Shown: positions 55,480 to 63,953 of the stretch, one piece after another | Numbering within the stretch: position 1 is the stretch's first letter | Layout of the letters: each line of letters begins with the position of its first letter | Origin: Bacteroidales bacterium | GTDB lineage: Bacteria; Bacteroidota; Bacteroidia; Bacteroidales; UBA932 | DNA: 64,000 nucleotides | Assembly: GCA_031553765.1 (NCBI GenBank) | Contig: JAVBKY010000003.1 | Span: 112,933-176,932 of the forward strand | Direction of reading: 5' to 3' | Made by a program: the position numbers and the translations under genes | The notes under the pieces: generated by a model | What the model was told of the DNA's origin: nothing | Database searches by the model: none | The model's input: only the letters and a program-made list of their open reading frames with translations

Positions 55480-55961
55480 TGAGAAAGCGAATTTACCTTG
55501 CCATAATCGCCGGAATAAAGGCGGCAAACATAGGCATTAAGCACTTTGATAAGTGGAACGAAAACACCGAGAATTTGGCGCAGCAAAACGGCTACGCTTT
55601 GCCCGCCGTATTCATTGAGTTTGCTCCGATAGCGTGGCAGCAGCGCGGGGGTGGAGTGAAAAGCGCCACAGCGCGCATTCTACTGCATATTGTAACCGAA
55701 ACGCTGGCAAGTGCTGCCGACGGTTCGCGAAACCAAGACGACGCGCTGGAGCAGTTCGATACTGCCGACGCCGTGGTTGCCGCCGCGCAGGGGTTAAGCG
55801 GCGAGGGCTTTAACAAGCTACAGCACGTAACAACCGAAACCGACCATAACCACGAGCAAATTCAGCACGACATAGAGGCGTTTTCTTGCGAAATAGCGGA
55901 TAGTTCAGCCGCAAAGGTGCGAACCCTTGCCGAAGTAAAAGATTTTGAAAGGAAAGGCTAA
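55479..55961 (+). CDS. Putative head-completion/neck protein
   Basis: 160 aa, start overlaps the gpG-like stop (ATGA). Assigned from position only. Confidence 0.35.
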   Translation: MRKRIYLAIIAGIKAANIGIKHFDKWNENTENLAQQNGYALPAVFIEFAPIAWQQRGGGVKSATARILLHIVTETLASAADGSRNQDDALEQFDTADAVVAAAQGLSGEGFNKLQHVTTETDHNHEQIQHDIEAFSCEIADSSAAKVRTLAEVKDFERKG

Positions 55962-56197
55962 TTTTGCCCAAAGAGTGAGAATTGCACCGCCTGTTGCACG
56001 GGCGGTTTTTCTTGCTGGGCTTTTTCAACGGTGTGAATACAGGTAAGGAAGCTGCGGTAGCACATGGGGTAAACGGGGTAAACGTGGTGCCGCCATACGG
56101 ACTTATAGCAGCGGGCGTGGCTGCCCTCTTCGTAGTGCTGTTTTGCAAGGTTGTAAACCACTTGCGCTCTCAACATAGTATTTCGGTGGGTTGCCAT
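55958..56197 (-). CDS. Hypothetical protein (last ORF of the early/middle minus-strand block; coding status uncertain)
   Basis: 79 aa. Its 3' end contains the plus-strand terminator hairpin ACCGCC-N9-GGCGGT-TTTT (55988-56012). Confidence 0.3.
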   Translation of the reverse strand: MATHRNTMLRAQVVYNLAKQHYEEGSHARCYKSVWRHHVYPVYPMCYRSFLTCIHTVEKAQQEKPPVQQAVQFSLFGQN

Positions 56198-56279
56198 TAT
56201 CGGAAAAATGATTTAACTTTGCAGCAACCCGCCAAGGTGCTGCCTCGTTGTGATTTTTCCGACGAGGCTTTTTTTGTGC

Positions 56280-56636
56280 CTACGCGGGGCGTTGCAGCCC
56301 CGTGATGTAGTCGTAAATTTCTGACCAGCTGGGTAAGCCCCCAACTTGCCGATCGTCGATGTAAATGTCGGCAAAAATCTTTTTACCAGCAATACCCCCG
56401 TACTTTTTGAGGTTGTCGGGTTGGTGGTCATTCACGCGGTCAAACTTCACGTCATGCTCCACCAAAAAGTTAATTGCCTCAAGCAAACGGTTGCCATAGC
56501 GACACGTCCAAATAATGATGTAATGCCCGTCAGCACGAAGCTGGTTAATGCACTTGCGGGCGTCGGGTTGCAAGCCCGCAATGTGTGGGAACTTGTCGCT
56601 TACAATAGTCCCGTCAAAGTCAATTGCGATAATCAT
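56280..56636 (-). CDS. HAD-superfamily phosphatase-like protein
   Basis: N-terminal MIIAIDFDGTIV (DxDxT motif I), 118 aa. Confidence 0.55.
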   Translation of the reverse strand: MIIAIDFDGTIVSDKFPHIAGLQPDARKCINQLRADGHYIIIWTCRYGNRLLEAINFLVEHDVKFDRVNDHQPDNLKKYGGIAGKKIFADIYIDDRQVGGLPSWSEIYDYITGLQRPA

Positions 56637-56691
56637 TCAAAACTCTTTTTAAGATTGCGTTAAGCTTTTTTAATTGTTAGTACCGTCAAAA

Positions 56692-57063
56692 TCAGTTGTG
56701 AAAATTATTGCCTATCCCGTATGTCTTATTTCGCCTAAAAAAATGGCGCTCCATAGGTGAACAATCCACTTTGCGACGCTCGAATTGATGCAAAAAATCT
56801 TGAATGTAACGTATGTCTTTATCGCCAAGTTCTACAAATTTGATGTAGTCGGCACGCTGCCCTTGAATTGAAATAACAGCCCAAGACGGGGCATAGTGGT
56901 GCACATCCACGCTCACGTCAATGTTGCCCAGCAAATTCTCAACTTTATTAAGGGCTGTGTTAAGCGCCTTTCGCTCTCTTTCACATTCCGATATGAGCGT
57001 GTGAAGCTTTTGCATTTCGCTACGAAACACCCAAGCAAAAACGGTTGTAATTATTTTTTTCAT
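56692..57063 (-). CDS. Hypothetical protein
   Basis: I moved the start to MKKIITTVF (57063) to avoid overlap with the upstream gene. Confidence 0.4.
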   Translation of the reverse strand: MKKIITTVFAWVFRSEMQKLHTLISECERERKALNTALNKVENLLGNIDVSVDVHHYAPSWAVISIQGQRADYIKFVELGDKDIRYIQDFLHQFERRKVDCSPMERHFFRRNKTYGIGNNFHN

Positions 57064-57076
57064 GTTCAAGCGGTTT

Positions 57077-57496
57077 TTAATTATTCCACAGTTCGTCGCC
57101 CAAGTACGTTTCGACGTGTTTTTTGCGTAGCCCGTTGGGTATGCTGGCAAAGTATCGCGGGATGTACAGGTAAGCCCGTTGCTGATTGCCTTTTGTCATT
57201 TGCCGCCACTTAGTTTCAGCGCGCTTTTTGCTGCTATGGATTTTGTCATTGTAGCGCTCCCAAAACATTTCGAATGCTATCTCGGCTTCGGGTAGCTCTT
57301 GTAGCTTCGAGGTTTTTGTTGCGGCTACCATGCTACGCAGGTCGTTAATGCTGCGCGGCATGTACTGCAAAAACCAGTTGCGCTGCGCGTCTTCCATGTT
57401 TGCGCGGTTGTCGTAGCCGAGCAAGTAACCCTCGTCGTTGTAGCGTAGTTCTATCTCGCCGCTCCACTTTGTCGAGGTTAGTAAATACGTTTTCAT
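57077..57496 (-). CDS. Hypothetical protein
   Basis: 139-aa ORF in the early block. Confidence 0.45.
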   Translation of the reverse strand: MKTYLLTSTKWSGEIELRYNDEGYLLGYDNRANMEDAQRNWFLQYMPRSINDLRSMVAATKTSKLQELPEAEIAFEMFWERYNDKIHSSKKRAETKWRQMTKGNQQRAYLYIPRYFASIPNGLRKKHVETYLGDELWNN

Positions 57497-57500
57497 TGTC

Positions 57501-57806
57501 TTAAACTTTTGGGTCGATAATGGCGATTAAACCCTGTGCAAAAGCGCGCTCGGTGTCGTCCGCAAGCGGCTGCGATTTCATTAGCGCGTTTATTGCGTAG
57601 GCTTGCGAGGGTGTAAATGTGAGCCTTAACTTTTCATGCACAAGCACAAACTTGCCCGCGTTGCGCTTGTACCACTCCGTTACAACCAGCTGCGCAAGCG
57701 TAGCCGCGTCGCTGGTAGGCAACGCGGCAATTACTTGTTCAACCAGCGACTTAAAAACGGGGGCTTGCGCCGCGGTCATTTCAATTATTAGCGGTTTGTT
57801 GAGCAT
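57501..57806 (-). CDS. Hypothetical protein
   Basis: I moved the start to MLNKPLII (57806), because the longer form overlaps the upstream ORF. Confidence 0.4.
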   Translation of the reverse strand: MLNKPLIIEMTAAQAPVFKSLVEQVIAALPTSDAATLAQLVVTEWYKRNAGKFVLVHEKLRLTFTPSQAYAINALMKSQPLADDTERAFAQGLIAIIDPKV

Positions 57807-57811
57807 GGCGT

Positions 57812-58006
57812 TTAATGGTCGTTTAATTCGTCTTTTACGCGGTTTATTATCAACTTGCAAACTCTTTGTAAGCCCTCGCAAAAATCCTTGAAATTTGCCT
57901 CGTCTTTCAGCTCGCTTTTGTCGATGTGGTTTTCGTTACCCTCTTCAAATAGCGGTTGTAAATGCAGGTTAATTTTTGAAGCGTAATCAATCTCTTTTTG
58001 GTTCAT
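57812..58006 (-). CDS. Hypothetical small acidic protein
   Basis: 64-aa ORF. Confidence 0.35.
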   Translation of the reverse strand: MNQKEIDYASKINLHLQPLFEEGNENHIDKSELKDEANFKDFCEGLQRVCKLIINRVKDELNDH

Positions 58007-58030
58007 GTTTAAACGGGGTTTAAAGTGTGT

Positions 58031-58201
58031 TTAAAGCCATGCTGTAACAATAGAAACAAAAGGGAGTAGCCCGACTAAGTGTAGCGCCTCGTCTTTCCAC
58101 GGTGCCGCAAAATCGCAACAGCACAACTTAACGAGGTTAATAATCCAGCATGCGGCAACAAAACCGTAAAAAAGGAGAACTACACATGATAAATTTTTCA
58201 T
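58031..58201 (-). CDS. Small hydrophobic, Cys-rich protein (not in the ORF track, 56 aa)
   Basis: Manual translation: MKNLSCVVLLFYGFVAACWIINLVKLCCCDFAAPWKDEALHLVGLLPFVSIVTAWL*. Confidence 0.35.
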   Translation of the reverse strand: MKNLSCVVLLFYGFVAACWIINLVKLCCCDFAAPWKDEALHLVGLLPFVSIVTAWL

Positions 58202-58230
58202 TTTTAAAACTGTTTTAAATGGTGATTAAA

Positions 58231-58890
58231 TTAAACTTCTGTCATGCCTAACGGCACATTTACCCATGCGCCCATTTCGTTTTTAAATTCGGCGCGCACA
58301 AATGTTTTGCTGGCGGCAGGGCGGTATGCGTCATACACAACTTTAACGCCATTCGATAGCAAATCGGACTCTAATTCTATCGCCAACTCGCGCAGCTGTA
58401 ACACGCCCGAAAGCCTTAAATTACCTGCCTTGTCTTTGGCTAAAAACTTCATAATCGTTTTAATCAACGCCGCGCTTTTCTTACTGTCGGCAAGCGACGC
58501 CATGTAGTCTTTTATCATGGTTTCGCCCTCGGCGGCGGTGTCGTCCCACGCGTCCACTTGGTGGTGTCCTAACATTATGCGCCTGTTCTGTTCTGCGTTG
58601 ATAAACGTGTGCGTCCGTTGGTCGCTCTTAACCTCGTAGAGTTCCACTTTGGTATCGAGGGCTTGGTCGAACGTGTCGTAAACCGCTTTTTTGCGCTCGG
58701 CAAGCTGCGCCGATATGGCTTGCAGGTGCGGAAAATGTTCGTTAACCATTTCGTTAATTAGCACCTTGTACGCCTTGCGGTCTCCGTCCTTTTTACGCTG
58801 CACCTCGTCAGCTTCTTTCTTGCGCTTAAACTCAGCGAATTGTTCCGCCTCGTCGGCGCTGATTGTGATTTTTTCTTGTGAATTTTCCAT
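58231..58890 (-). CDS. Hypothetical early protein (possibly DUF3164-like, as in Mu-like phages)
   Basis: Starts at MENSQEKITIS. The size and charged helical N-terminus fit. This comes from memory only. Confidence 0.35.
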   Translation of the reverse strand: MENSQEKITISADEAEQFAEFKRKKEADEVQRKKDGDRKAYKVLINEMVNEHFPHLQAISAQLAERKKAVYDTFDQALDTKVELYEVKSDQRTHTFINAEQNRRIMLGHHQVDAWDDTAAEGETMIKDYMASLADSKKSAALIKTIMKFLAKDKAGNLRLSGVLQLRELAIELESDLLSNGVKVVYDAYRPAASKTFVRAEFKNEMGAWVNVPLGMTEV

Positions 58891-58918
58891 TGCTCTATTG
58901 ATTAAAAAGTGAATAATT

Positions 58919-59314
58919 TTAAAGTTGGTGGCTCTCAACCATTGCGTCGTAAACCTCTCTAAGTTTACGGTTCATTTGCTCCACATCGGCGGGCTTGGCA
59001 AACTTGGCGTATATGGCGAATTTACCAACCATTCGACGACGACGAATACACGACCTGCTGCGTAAAATCTCCTGCTTAACACTTGAGGATATTCCGTCTT
59101 TTTGCAAAGCCTCTATACAAGTCAACACTTCATTCTTGCCATCGTAACGCTCGTCGCTCGAACGTATATAGCGCTCTACTTCTATGGCTGACGCGTAGTG
59201 TTTAAGCGTAATAACGTCGATTATTTCGCGCGTGGCAATAGCAATTAAAGCCCTTGCTTCGCGCCGACTTATATTAAGTAAGTGCTGCAAATCCTTATAG
59301 TTTACTTCGTACAT
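58919..59314 (-). CDS. Putative DNA-binding protein
   Basis: 131 aa with an HTH-like N-terminus (DLQHLLNISRREARALI). Confidence 0.35.
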   Translation of the reverse strand: MYEVNYKDLQHLLNISRREARALIAIATREIIDVITLKHYASAIEVERYIRSSDERYDGKNEVLTCIEALQKDGISSSVKQEILRSRSCIRRRRMVGKFAIYAKFAKPADVEQMNRKLREVYDAMVESHQL

Positions 59315-59316
59315 AG

Positions 59317-59844
59317 CTATTGTTTTTTAAGTTCTTCTATTCGATTTTTCAACTTGCCCGCCAACTCGAAATTCTCGTCAGCAACGGCTTTATCGAGCCG
59401 TTCTTGCAGCACCTCGGCGCTACTTGTGAGGTCAACTTCATTAGCCGCCTTTAGGTCGTTTTGCCGCTTGTTAAATGCGTTGTAAAGGCTATTTAAACGG
59501 TCAAGCGGAATTGCGTTAAACGTCTTGTACTCCGAGGCGCGGCAAGCAACCGCCTTAACTGTGGCTAAATCGTTAGGCTTTCCCATTGCCTTTAAGTAGC
59601 CGCTAATGCAAGCAATAACGCGCTTGCGCGCTTTATCCAGCTGCGCCAACTTGCCGCTGTCAACGCCCTGCGCCTCGGCTTCCATTGCGCCCAGCAAGTT
59701 GTAATACTCGGCGGGCTGCATTTCGCGCAGCGAGGTAGTGCGCCCGCTGGTGTACTGCAAAACAAGTTCTTCTTTTTCCGCGCCCTGCATACGCTTTAGC
59801 AAGGCGTAAAACTTGCGGTAATCGGGCTTTGCTATTGTTCGCAT
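59317..59844 (-). CDS. GemA (Mu gp16)-like protein with a C-terminal UVR-like motif
   Basis: YALLKRMQGAEKEELVLQYTSGRTTSLREM fits the GemA/DUF1018 pattern. The C-terminus ENFELAGKLKNRIEELKK resembles a UvrB/C UVR motif. Confidence 0.45.
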   Translation of the reverse strand: MRTIAKPDYRKFYALLKRMQGAEKEELVLQYTSGRTTSLREMQPAEYYNLLGAMEAEAQGVDSGKLAQLDKARKRVIACISGYLKAMGKPNDLATVKAVACRASEYKTFNAIPLDRLNSLYNAFNKRQNDLKAANEVDLTSSAEVLQERLDKAVADENFELAGKLKNRIEELKKQ

Positions 59845-60212
59845 GGCGTTTCGGCGATTAAAATGTATTCACCTGCCAACAGGCGTACAGGCTTATTGCG
59901 TGTGTCCGAAAAAATCCAAACATCGTTAGCAAATCGCGCTTTTTCGCTGTCGGGACACTCCACCCTGTTGTAATACTTTGAGGCGTAAAAGCCAAATTCG
60001 CTTTGAGCGTACTTGCTTATTACCTGCACCAGCTGACGCTGCTTCACGGCGCACTTTTTATCACGCTTTACGCTTATCATATTCAATAAGCCGTTGCGTA
60101 TGCCCTCAAGCCCGCAAACCTTACATTTCACCCTGTCGTAAGCCTTTTTGCCGCGAAAGATTGTAACGGTGTTTTGCTTTTCAAATTCGTGTGTATTGAT
60201 GTAGATTTCCAT
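59832..60212 (-). CDS. Hypothetical protein
   Basis: 126 aa, contains CKVCG and other scattered Cys residues. Confidence 0.4.
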   Translation of the reverse strand: MEIYINTHEFEKQNTVTIFRGKKAYDRVKCKVCGLEGIRNGLLNMISVKRDKKCAVKQRQLVQVISKYAQSEFGFYASKYYNRVECPDSEKARFANDVWIFSDTRNKPVRLLAGEYILIAETPCEQ

Positions 60213-60216
60213 GTTT

Positions 60217-60879
60217 TTAATTTGTTTGAGTTATAAACTTCGCTTGGTATTCCGCCGCGCCCTGCCCCCAAATGGTAAAGGGTGCGCCACCCTCGCCCTT
60301 TTCCGCGTTTTCGTAGCGGCTGGTTACGTGCGCAACGTAGCCTTCTACGTGTATTTTTACATCAGAAAGGCGACGTATGGTTTCGCCAATGGCGGGGTCG
60401 GGTTGGCGGTTCTTTTCGTGCGAAAGAAAAATAAACAGCTTGCGCGGGAACTCCGCCAGTAGCTGCAAGTAATCCTTTCGCTTAAATCCCTCCAAGCATA
60501 TAAGGCTGTCAATAACCACCACGTCGGGGCTTTTCTTTTTGCGTAGGCGCTCTTTGAGGTCGGGGATAAATTCCTTTTCAAGAAAAATGATATTTGAGCC
60601 AGCCTCTGCCATGTTTACGCGGCTCCAAGCCGCCAGCATAGACCCCGATACGCCTTGCTCTATGGAGTTGTAAGCCGTGCGCTTAAACTGCGATAGATAC
60701 TTGCTTAACATCAGCGTAAAGGTGGTTTTGCCGCTACCCGAACCGCCGTAAATCAACCATGAGCCGCGCAACTCTGGACGCCCAAATGACGCCAGCCACT
60801 CGCCCTCAAAGTCGGCATACTCAAAAACTCCAATTTTAGCCAGCAGGTTTCTGTTCGATAGTGCCTTTTTAACTGCCAT
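60217..60879 (-). CDS. P-loop ATPase, RecA-fold (AAA_24/Sak4-like, putative)
   Basis: Walker A (LIYGGSGSGKTT) and Walker-B-like (VVVIDSL), 220 aa. Confidence 0.5.
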   Translation of the reverse strand: MAVKKALSNRNLLAKIGVFEYADFEGEWLASFGRPELRGSWLIYGGSGSGKTTFTLMLSKYLSQFKRTAYNSIEQGVSGSMLAAWSRVNMAEAGSNIIFLEKEFIPDLKERLRKKKSPDVVVIDSLICLEGFKRKDYLQLLAEFPRKLFIFLSHEKNRQPDPAIGETIRRLSDVKIHVEGYVAHVTSRYENAEKGEGGAPFTIWGQGAAEYQAKFITQTN

Positions 60880-61778
60880 TATTCGCCATTTTTTGAGGTT
60901 TCGCTGCCTTTGGTGAACCGTTCGCCGCCTTGCTGCTGTTTTTGCTTTATTGCGTGAATTTTGCGCTTTACGCGGCGCAGGTCGCTTTCGCTATCAACCA
61001 CTATTTCGTCAATGCTGGCGGTGTCCTTTATGCCGTTTGCCATGCAAATAGCCGCCACGTCGTCGCTGTTCACTATTTGCAGGGGTATGAACTTGCGCCC
61101 TAAGCGGCTAAATATTTCGCGATACCCCTTGCGCCCATGCTTTACGCCGCGCTTTATTCTGCTTTCGAGGTAGTCGGTGGCGCAAAGCACCAGCCCGCAG
61201 CGGTCTTCCAGCTCGTTGTACAGCGTAATGAAAAAGAATAGCACTTGGTCGCTCAACTTGTCCGCCTCGTCGAGTATGATAAGGGGCTTGTTTTTACGCT
61301 TTATTTCGAGTACCACCTCGTCCATCATGTAGGCGATTGTGGCGCCGCCCTCGCTCATGCCAGCGGCGCGCAGCAGCTCACACAAAAACTTTTTACGGTT
61401 CCAAAACTCGGAGCATGAAAGGCGCAGCACGTTAGGGTTGTGCGCTGCGTAGTGCTTTATTGTTGCCGTTTTGCCGCACCCCGCGTCGCCTACCACGCCC
61501 ACCACGAGGCTATTTTGCTGCGCGTCGGTAAGGGTGGTGTTAAGGCGGTCGAACGCCCGCGTTTTAACCATCATCCAGTTGAACGCGTCGAGGTCAATTT
61601 GCGACTCCACGTTACGCCACATTTCGTCGGTTATTTGCTCCCAGTTGTTGTTCTGCATTTGGCTAATGGTAGCCGAGCTAATGGCGCGCAGCATATTCGC
61701 TGCCTTGCTTTGGCTCCCTGCGTGTTGGCAGAACATGCGCAGCCCCGCTGCAATTCTTTGCTTGTCAATTTCGTTCAT
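60879..61778 (-). CDS. MuB-like AAA+ transposition ATPase
   Basis: N-terminal HTH (QSKAANMLRAISSATISQMQNN), Walker A (GDAGCGKT) and Walker B (IILDEADKL). Directly downstream of the transposase. Confidence 0.85.
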   Translation of the reverse strand: MNEIDKQRIAAGLRMFCQHAGSQSKAANMLRAISSATISQMQNNNWEQITDEMWRNVESQIDLDAFNWMMVKTRAFDRLNTTLTDAQQNSLVVGVVGDAGCGKTATIKHYAAHNPNVLRLSCSEFWNRKKFLCELLRAAGMSEGGATIAYMMDEVVLEIKRKNKPLIILDEADKLSDQVLFFFITLYNELEDRCGLVLCATDYLESRIKRGVKHGRKGYREIFSRLGRKFIPLQIVNSDDVAAICMANGIKDTASIDEIVVDSESDLRRVKRKIHAIKQKQQQGGERFTKGSETSKNGE

Positions 61779-61805
61779 GGCTTTTTTGTTTTTGTTGTTA
61801 ATGGT

Positions 61806-63815
61806 TTAGTACAAATCGTAAATAGATTGGTTGACGGCAACGGCTGGCGCGCACTCTTCAACCAGCTTCACTTCGACCGCTTCAACATTTACGCTGGTGC
61901 GGTTGAGCGCGCGGCGCTGGCGGTTGCGCTGGTCTTTGTGCTGCCCGCGGCTATCGCAAATAATTGCCTTTGCGTAGGAGTTATGCAGGTCGGGGTGTTC
62001 AAGCATGAGCCTTTCGGCGCTTTCGTGCGCTTCCGCCAGCCTGTTGGTTATGGTGGTTGTTAAGCCCTTATTGAACTGGCGTATGCGCGCCAACTCGTCG
62101 GCGTCGCCCTCTTTGCGGTCAGCCAGCGCCATAGGCTGCACGTACTTGCTTTCAAGCATAAAGCGCAGGGTTCCGTCCTCATTTACGGCAAGCGCCTTGC
62201 TTAGGTCGGCTTCGTCGTACATTACCGTCCAGCGCAGGTGCGCAAACTCCCTAAACTGCGGGTTAAAGCAGTCGTAGGCGCGCCTTACGCCGTTAATGGT
62301 TGGGAGTAACCCGTTGCCCTCTATGGCGTTTTTATGCCCCGTTGTGGCGCCAAAGTTGAGCAAGTAGGCTTCGTCGGTAAGCGGCAACAGGCGCTCGGCT
62401 GGCACGTTGGCAAAGCCCGCCATGTAGTCGGCAACCTTGCTGGCGCGCTCCATTTCCATAATGGCGATTATTTGCTGGCGGCAGCCGTCCTCGTCGGGGA
62501 AGCTGTGCTTGATTTTGTCCAGCATGTCGTAGTTGGGTTGGTTGGATTTTTGCGAGGTAATGCCAAAGCCCGACCAGTTGGGCTGTAGCTGAAAATATTT
62601 TTTGTTTAGGTAGTTAAAGTAAGGTTCCACGGGCTTTGCCTTAGCGTTTTTGACGCGCGCGGGCGTTACCTTGTCGGCAATGACGCCGTAAAGTGGCGTT
62701 AGCGAGGGTAAGGCGTAGTGGTCGGTTTGCAGCTGGTTGGTGCGGTAGCGGGTACCGAATAGCTCGCGCGTGTGGTTCATGGCGTTTTGCATGGCGGCAC
62801 GTATCAGCTTGCTATTTTCCCGCTCACCTATGGCGTAACCCACGGGGTAGTTGTTGAAAGGGTCAAGCACCACCACCATAGTGAGGCGGTTGTTGTAGGT
62901 GGTTACGCGGCGCCCGTTGTCGTCTTTATCGGAGGCTTGGTAGTGCAGCTCCACGTCCCAGCCGTCAGCTGTCCAAAACAGTAGCGGTGCCGTAGGTAGG
63001 CTGCGCTTGGCTTGCATGGTGCGGGTGTTGTTAAACTCGTTAAGCCCGCGCGTAGCGGCGGCAATCGTTAACCCGTGCTTTTGGCGCAGGTAGCCAAAGG
63101 CGCGCCCTGTAAGCAAATCCCAATCCATTTTTTTGGCAATGTGGTTGTATATTTTTGCCACCTGCTCGTTGTCAAGGTTGCGGTGGTCACCCAGCAAGCG
63201 AATAGCCACAGCTTCTTGCTCGGCACACTTGAATTTTGACGCGTTTCTATTGCCATATTTGGGCGATATTAGCGCGGGGTAGCCCTCTTGTGTGTAGCGG
63301 TTAAAAAGGCGCTGCAAGTTCTTAAAATACGTCGGCAGCGTGTTGGGCATTTGCTCCGAAATAAGCGGCAAAACGTCCGCCTTATCTTTCCAAAACTCCG
63401 TAATTTTCAAGCGGGGGTCGCCCAGCCGCCCGCGCTGGCTGGCTGCCTTTGTAAGCAGGTTGCGAAACGCGTTTAAAATTGAAGCGTTGGCAGCGTATTC
63501 GTCCGCCACAGGCGGCGGCAGGTGCTTACCGCTATCAAACGTATGCGCAGAGTAGAACGTGTGCGCGGCGCCGTCCAGCTCGATTACATCGGTTAACGTG
63601 CGCTGCTTGGCGGTGGTACACATATCGGGGTTGCGGCGGCGCACTTCCTGCGCGTACTTTGTAGGTAGGCTATCCACGGCGTAAAAGCCACGGCGCAAGC
63701 ATTCAAGGCGACCTTTGCGCTTGTAGTGTACATACTGCGACTTAGTCATAACGCCGTTGTCTGTGTCGGTTAGCTCGTCGTGGCTAATGCAAAGCCTGTT
63801 ATTGATATATTCCAT
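61806..63815 (-). CDS. MuA-like DDE transposase
   Basis: 669 aa. RNaseH-like core (LFWTADGWDV..., VVLDPFNNYPVGYAIGE) and the A-then-B gene order of transposable phages. Confidence 0.8.
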   Translation of the reverse strand: MEYINNRLCISHDELTDTDNGVMTKSQYVHYKRKGRLECLRRGFYAVDSLPTKYAQEVRRRNPDMCTTAKQRTLTDVIELDGAAHTFYSAHTFDSGKHLPPPVADEYAANASILNAFRNLLTKAASQRGRLGDPRLKITEFWKDKADVLPLISEQMPNTLPTYFKNLQRLFNRYTQEGYPALISPKYGNRNASKFKCAEQEAVAIRLLGDHRNLDNEQVAKIYNHIAKKMDWDLLTGRAFGYLRQKHGLTIAAATRGLNEFNNTRTMQAKRSLPTAPLLFWTADGWDVELHYQASDKDDNGRRVTTYNNRLTMVVVLDPFNNYPVGYAIGERENSKLIRAAMQNAMNHTRELFGTRYRTNQLQTDHYALPSLTPLYGVIADKVTPARVKNAKAKPVEPYFNYLNKKYFQLQPNWSGFGITSQKSNQPNYDMLDKIKHSFPDEDGCRQQIIAIMEMERASKVADYMAGFANVPAERLLPLTDEAYLLNFGATTGHKNAIEGNGLLPTINGVRRAYDCFNPQFREFAHLRWTVMYDEADLSKALAVNEDGTLRFMLESKYVQPMALADRKEGDADELARIRQFNKGLTTTITNRLAEAHESAERLMLEHPDLHNSYAKAIICDSRGQHKDQRNRQRRALNRTSVNVEAVEVKLVEECAPAVAVNQSIYDLY

Positions 63816-63916
63816 TAAAACCCTTTTAAATGGTCGTTAAACCGTATTTAATTGCTCCCATTCACGTCTTGCTCGTGGCGCCGACCTCATGGCTTAGTCG
63901 GTATGGGAGTTTTGCT

Positions 63917-63924
63917 TAACTTTG
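63917..63924 (+). promoter_or_regulatory. -7 promoter box (TAACTTTG) for the divergent ORF at the window edge
   Basis: Matches TAnnTTTG 30 nt upstream of ATG 63954. Confidence 0.35.
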
Positions 63925-63953
63925 AGGCAACAACGAATCAAAAATTAAGCATT

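Noticed and set aside
48966-56280. The oppositely oriented packaging module as an actively invertible segment.
   Set aside because: I could not find matching inverted repeats at the two borders, and no site-specific recombinase is encoded. It is more likely a fixed rearrangement.
61440-62063. 207-aa plus-strand ORF spanning the MuB/MuA junction.
   Set aside because: It is antisense to two well-supported genes. The translation is Val/His/Arg-rich with no domain features.
34113-63815. Possibility that the odd tRNA (a loop containing UUA) signals stop-codon recoding in the phage.
   Set aside because: All phage genes read as long uninterrupted ORFs in the standard code, with normal TAA/TAG/TGA ends. 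I saw no in-frame stops in conserved genes, so recoding is not needed to explain the gene map.
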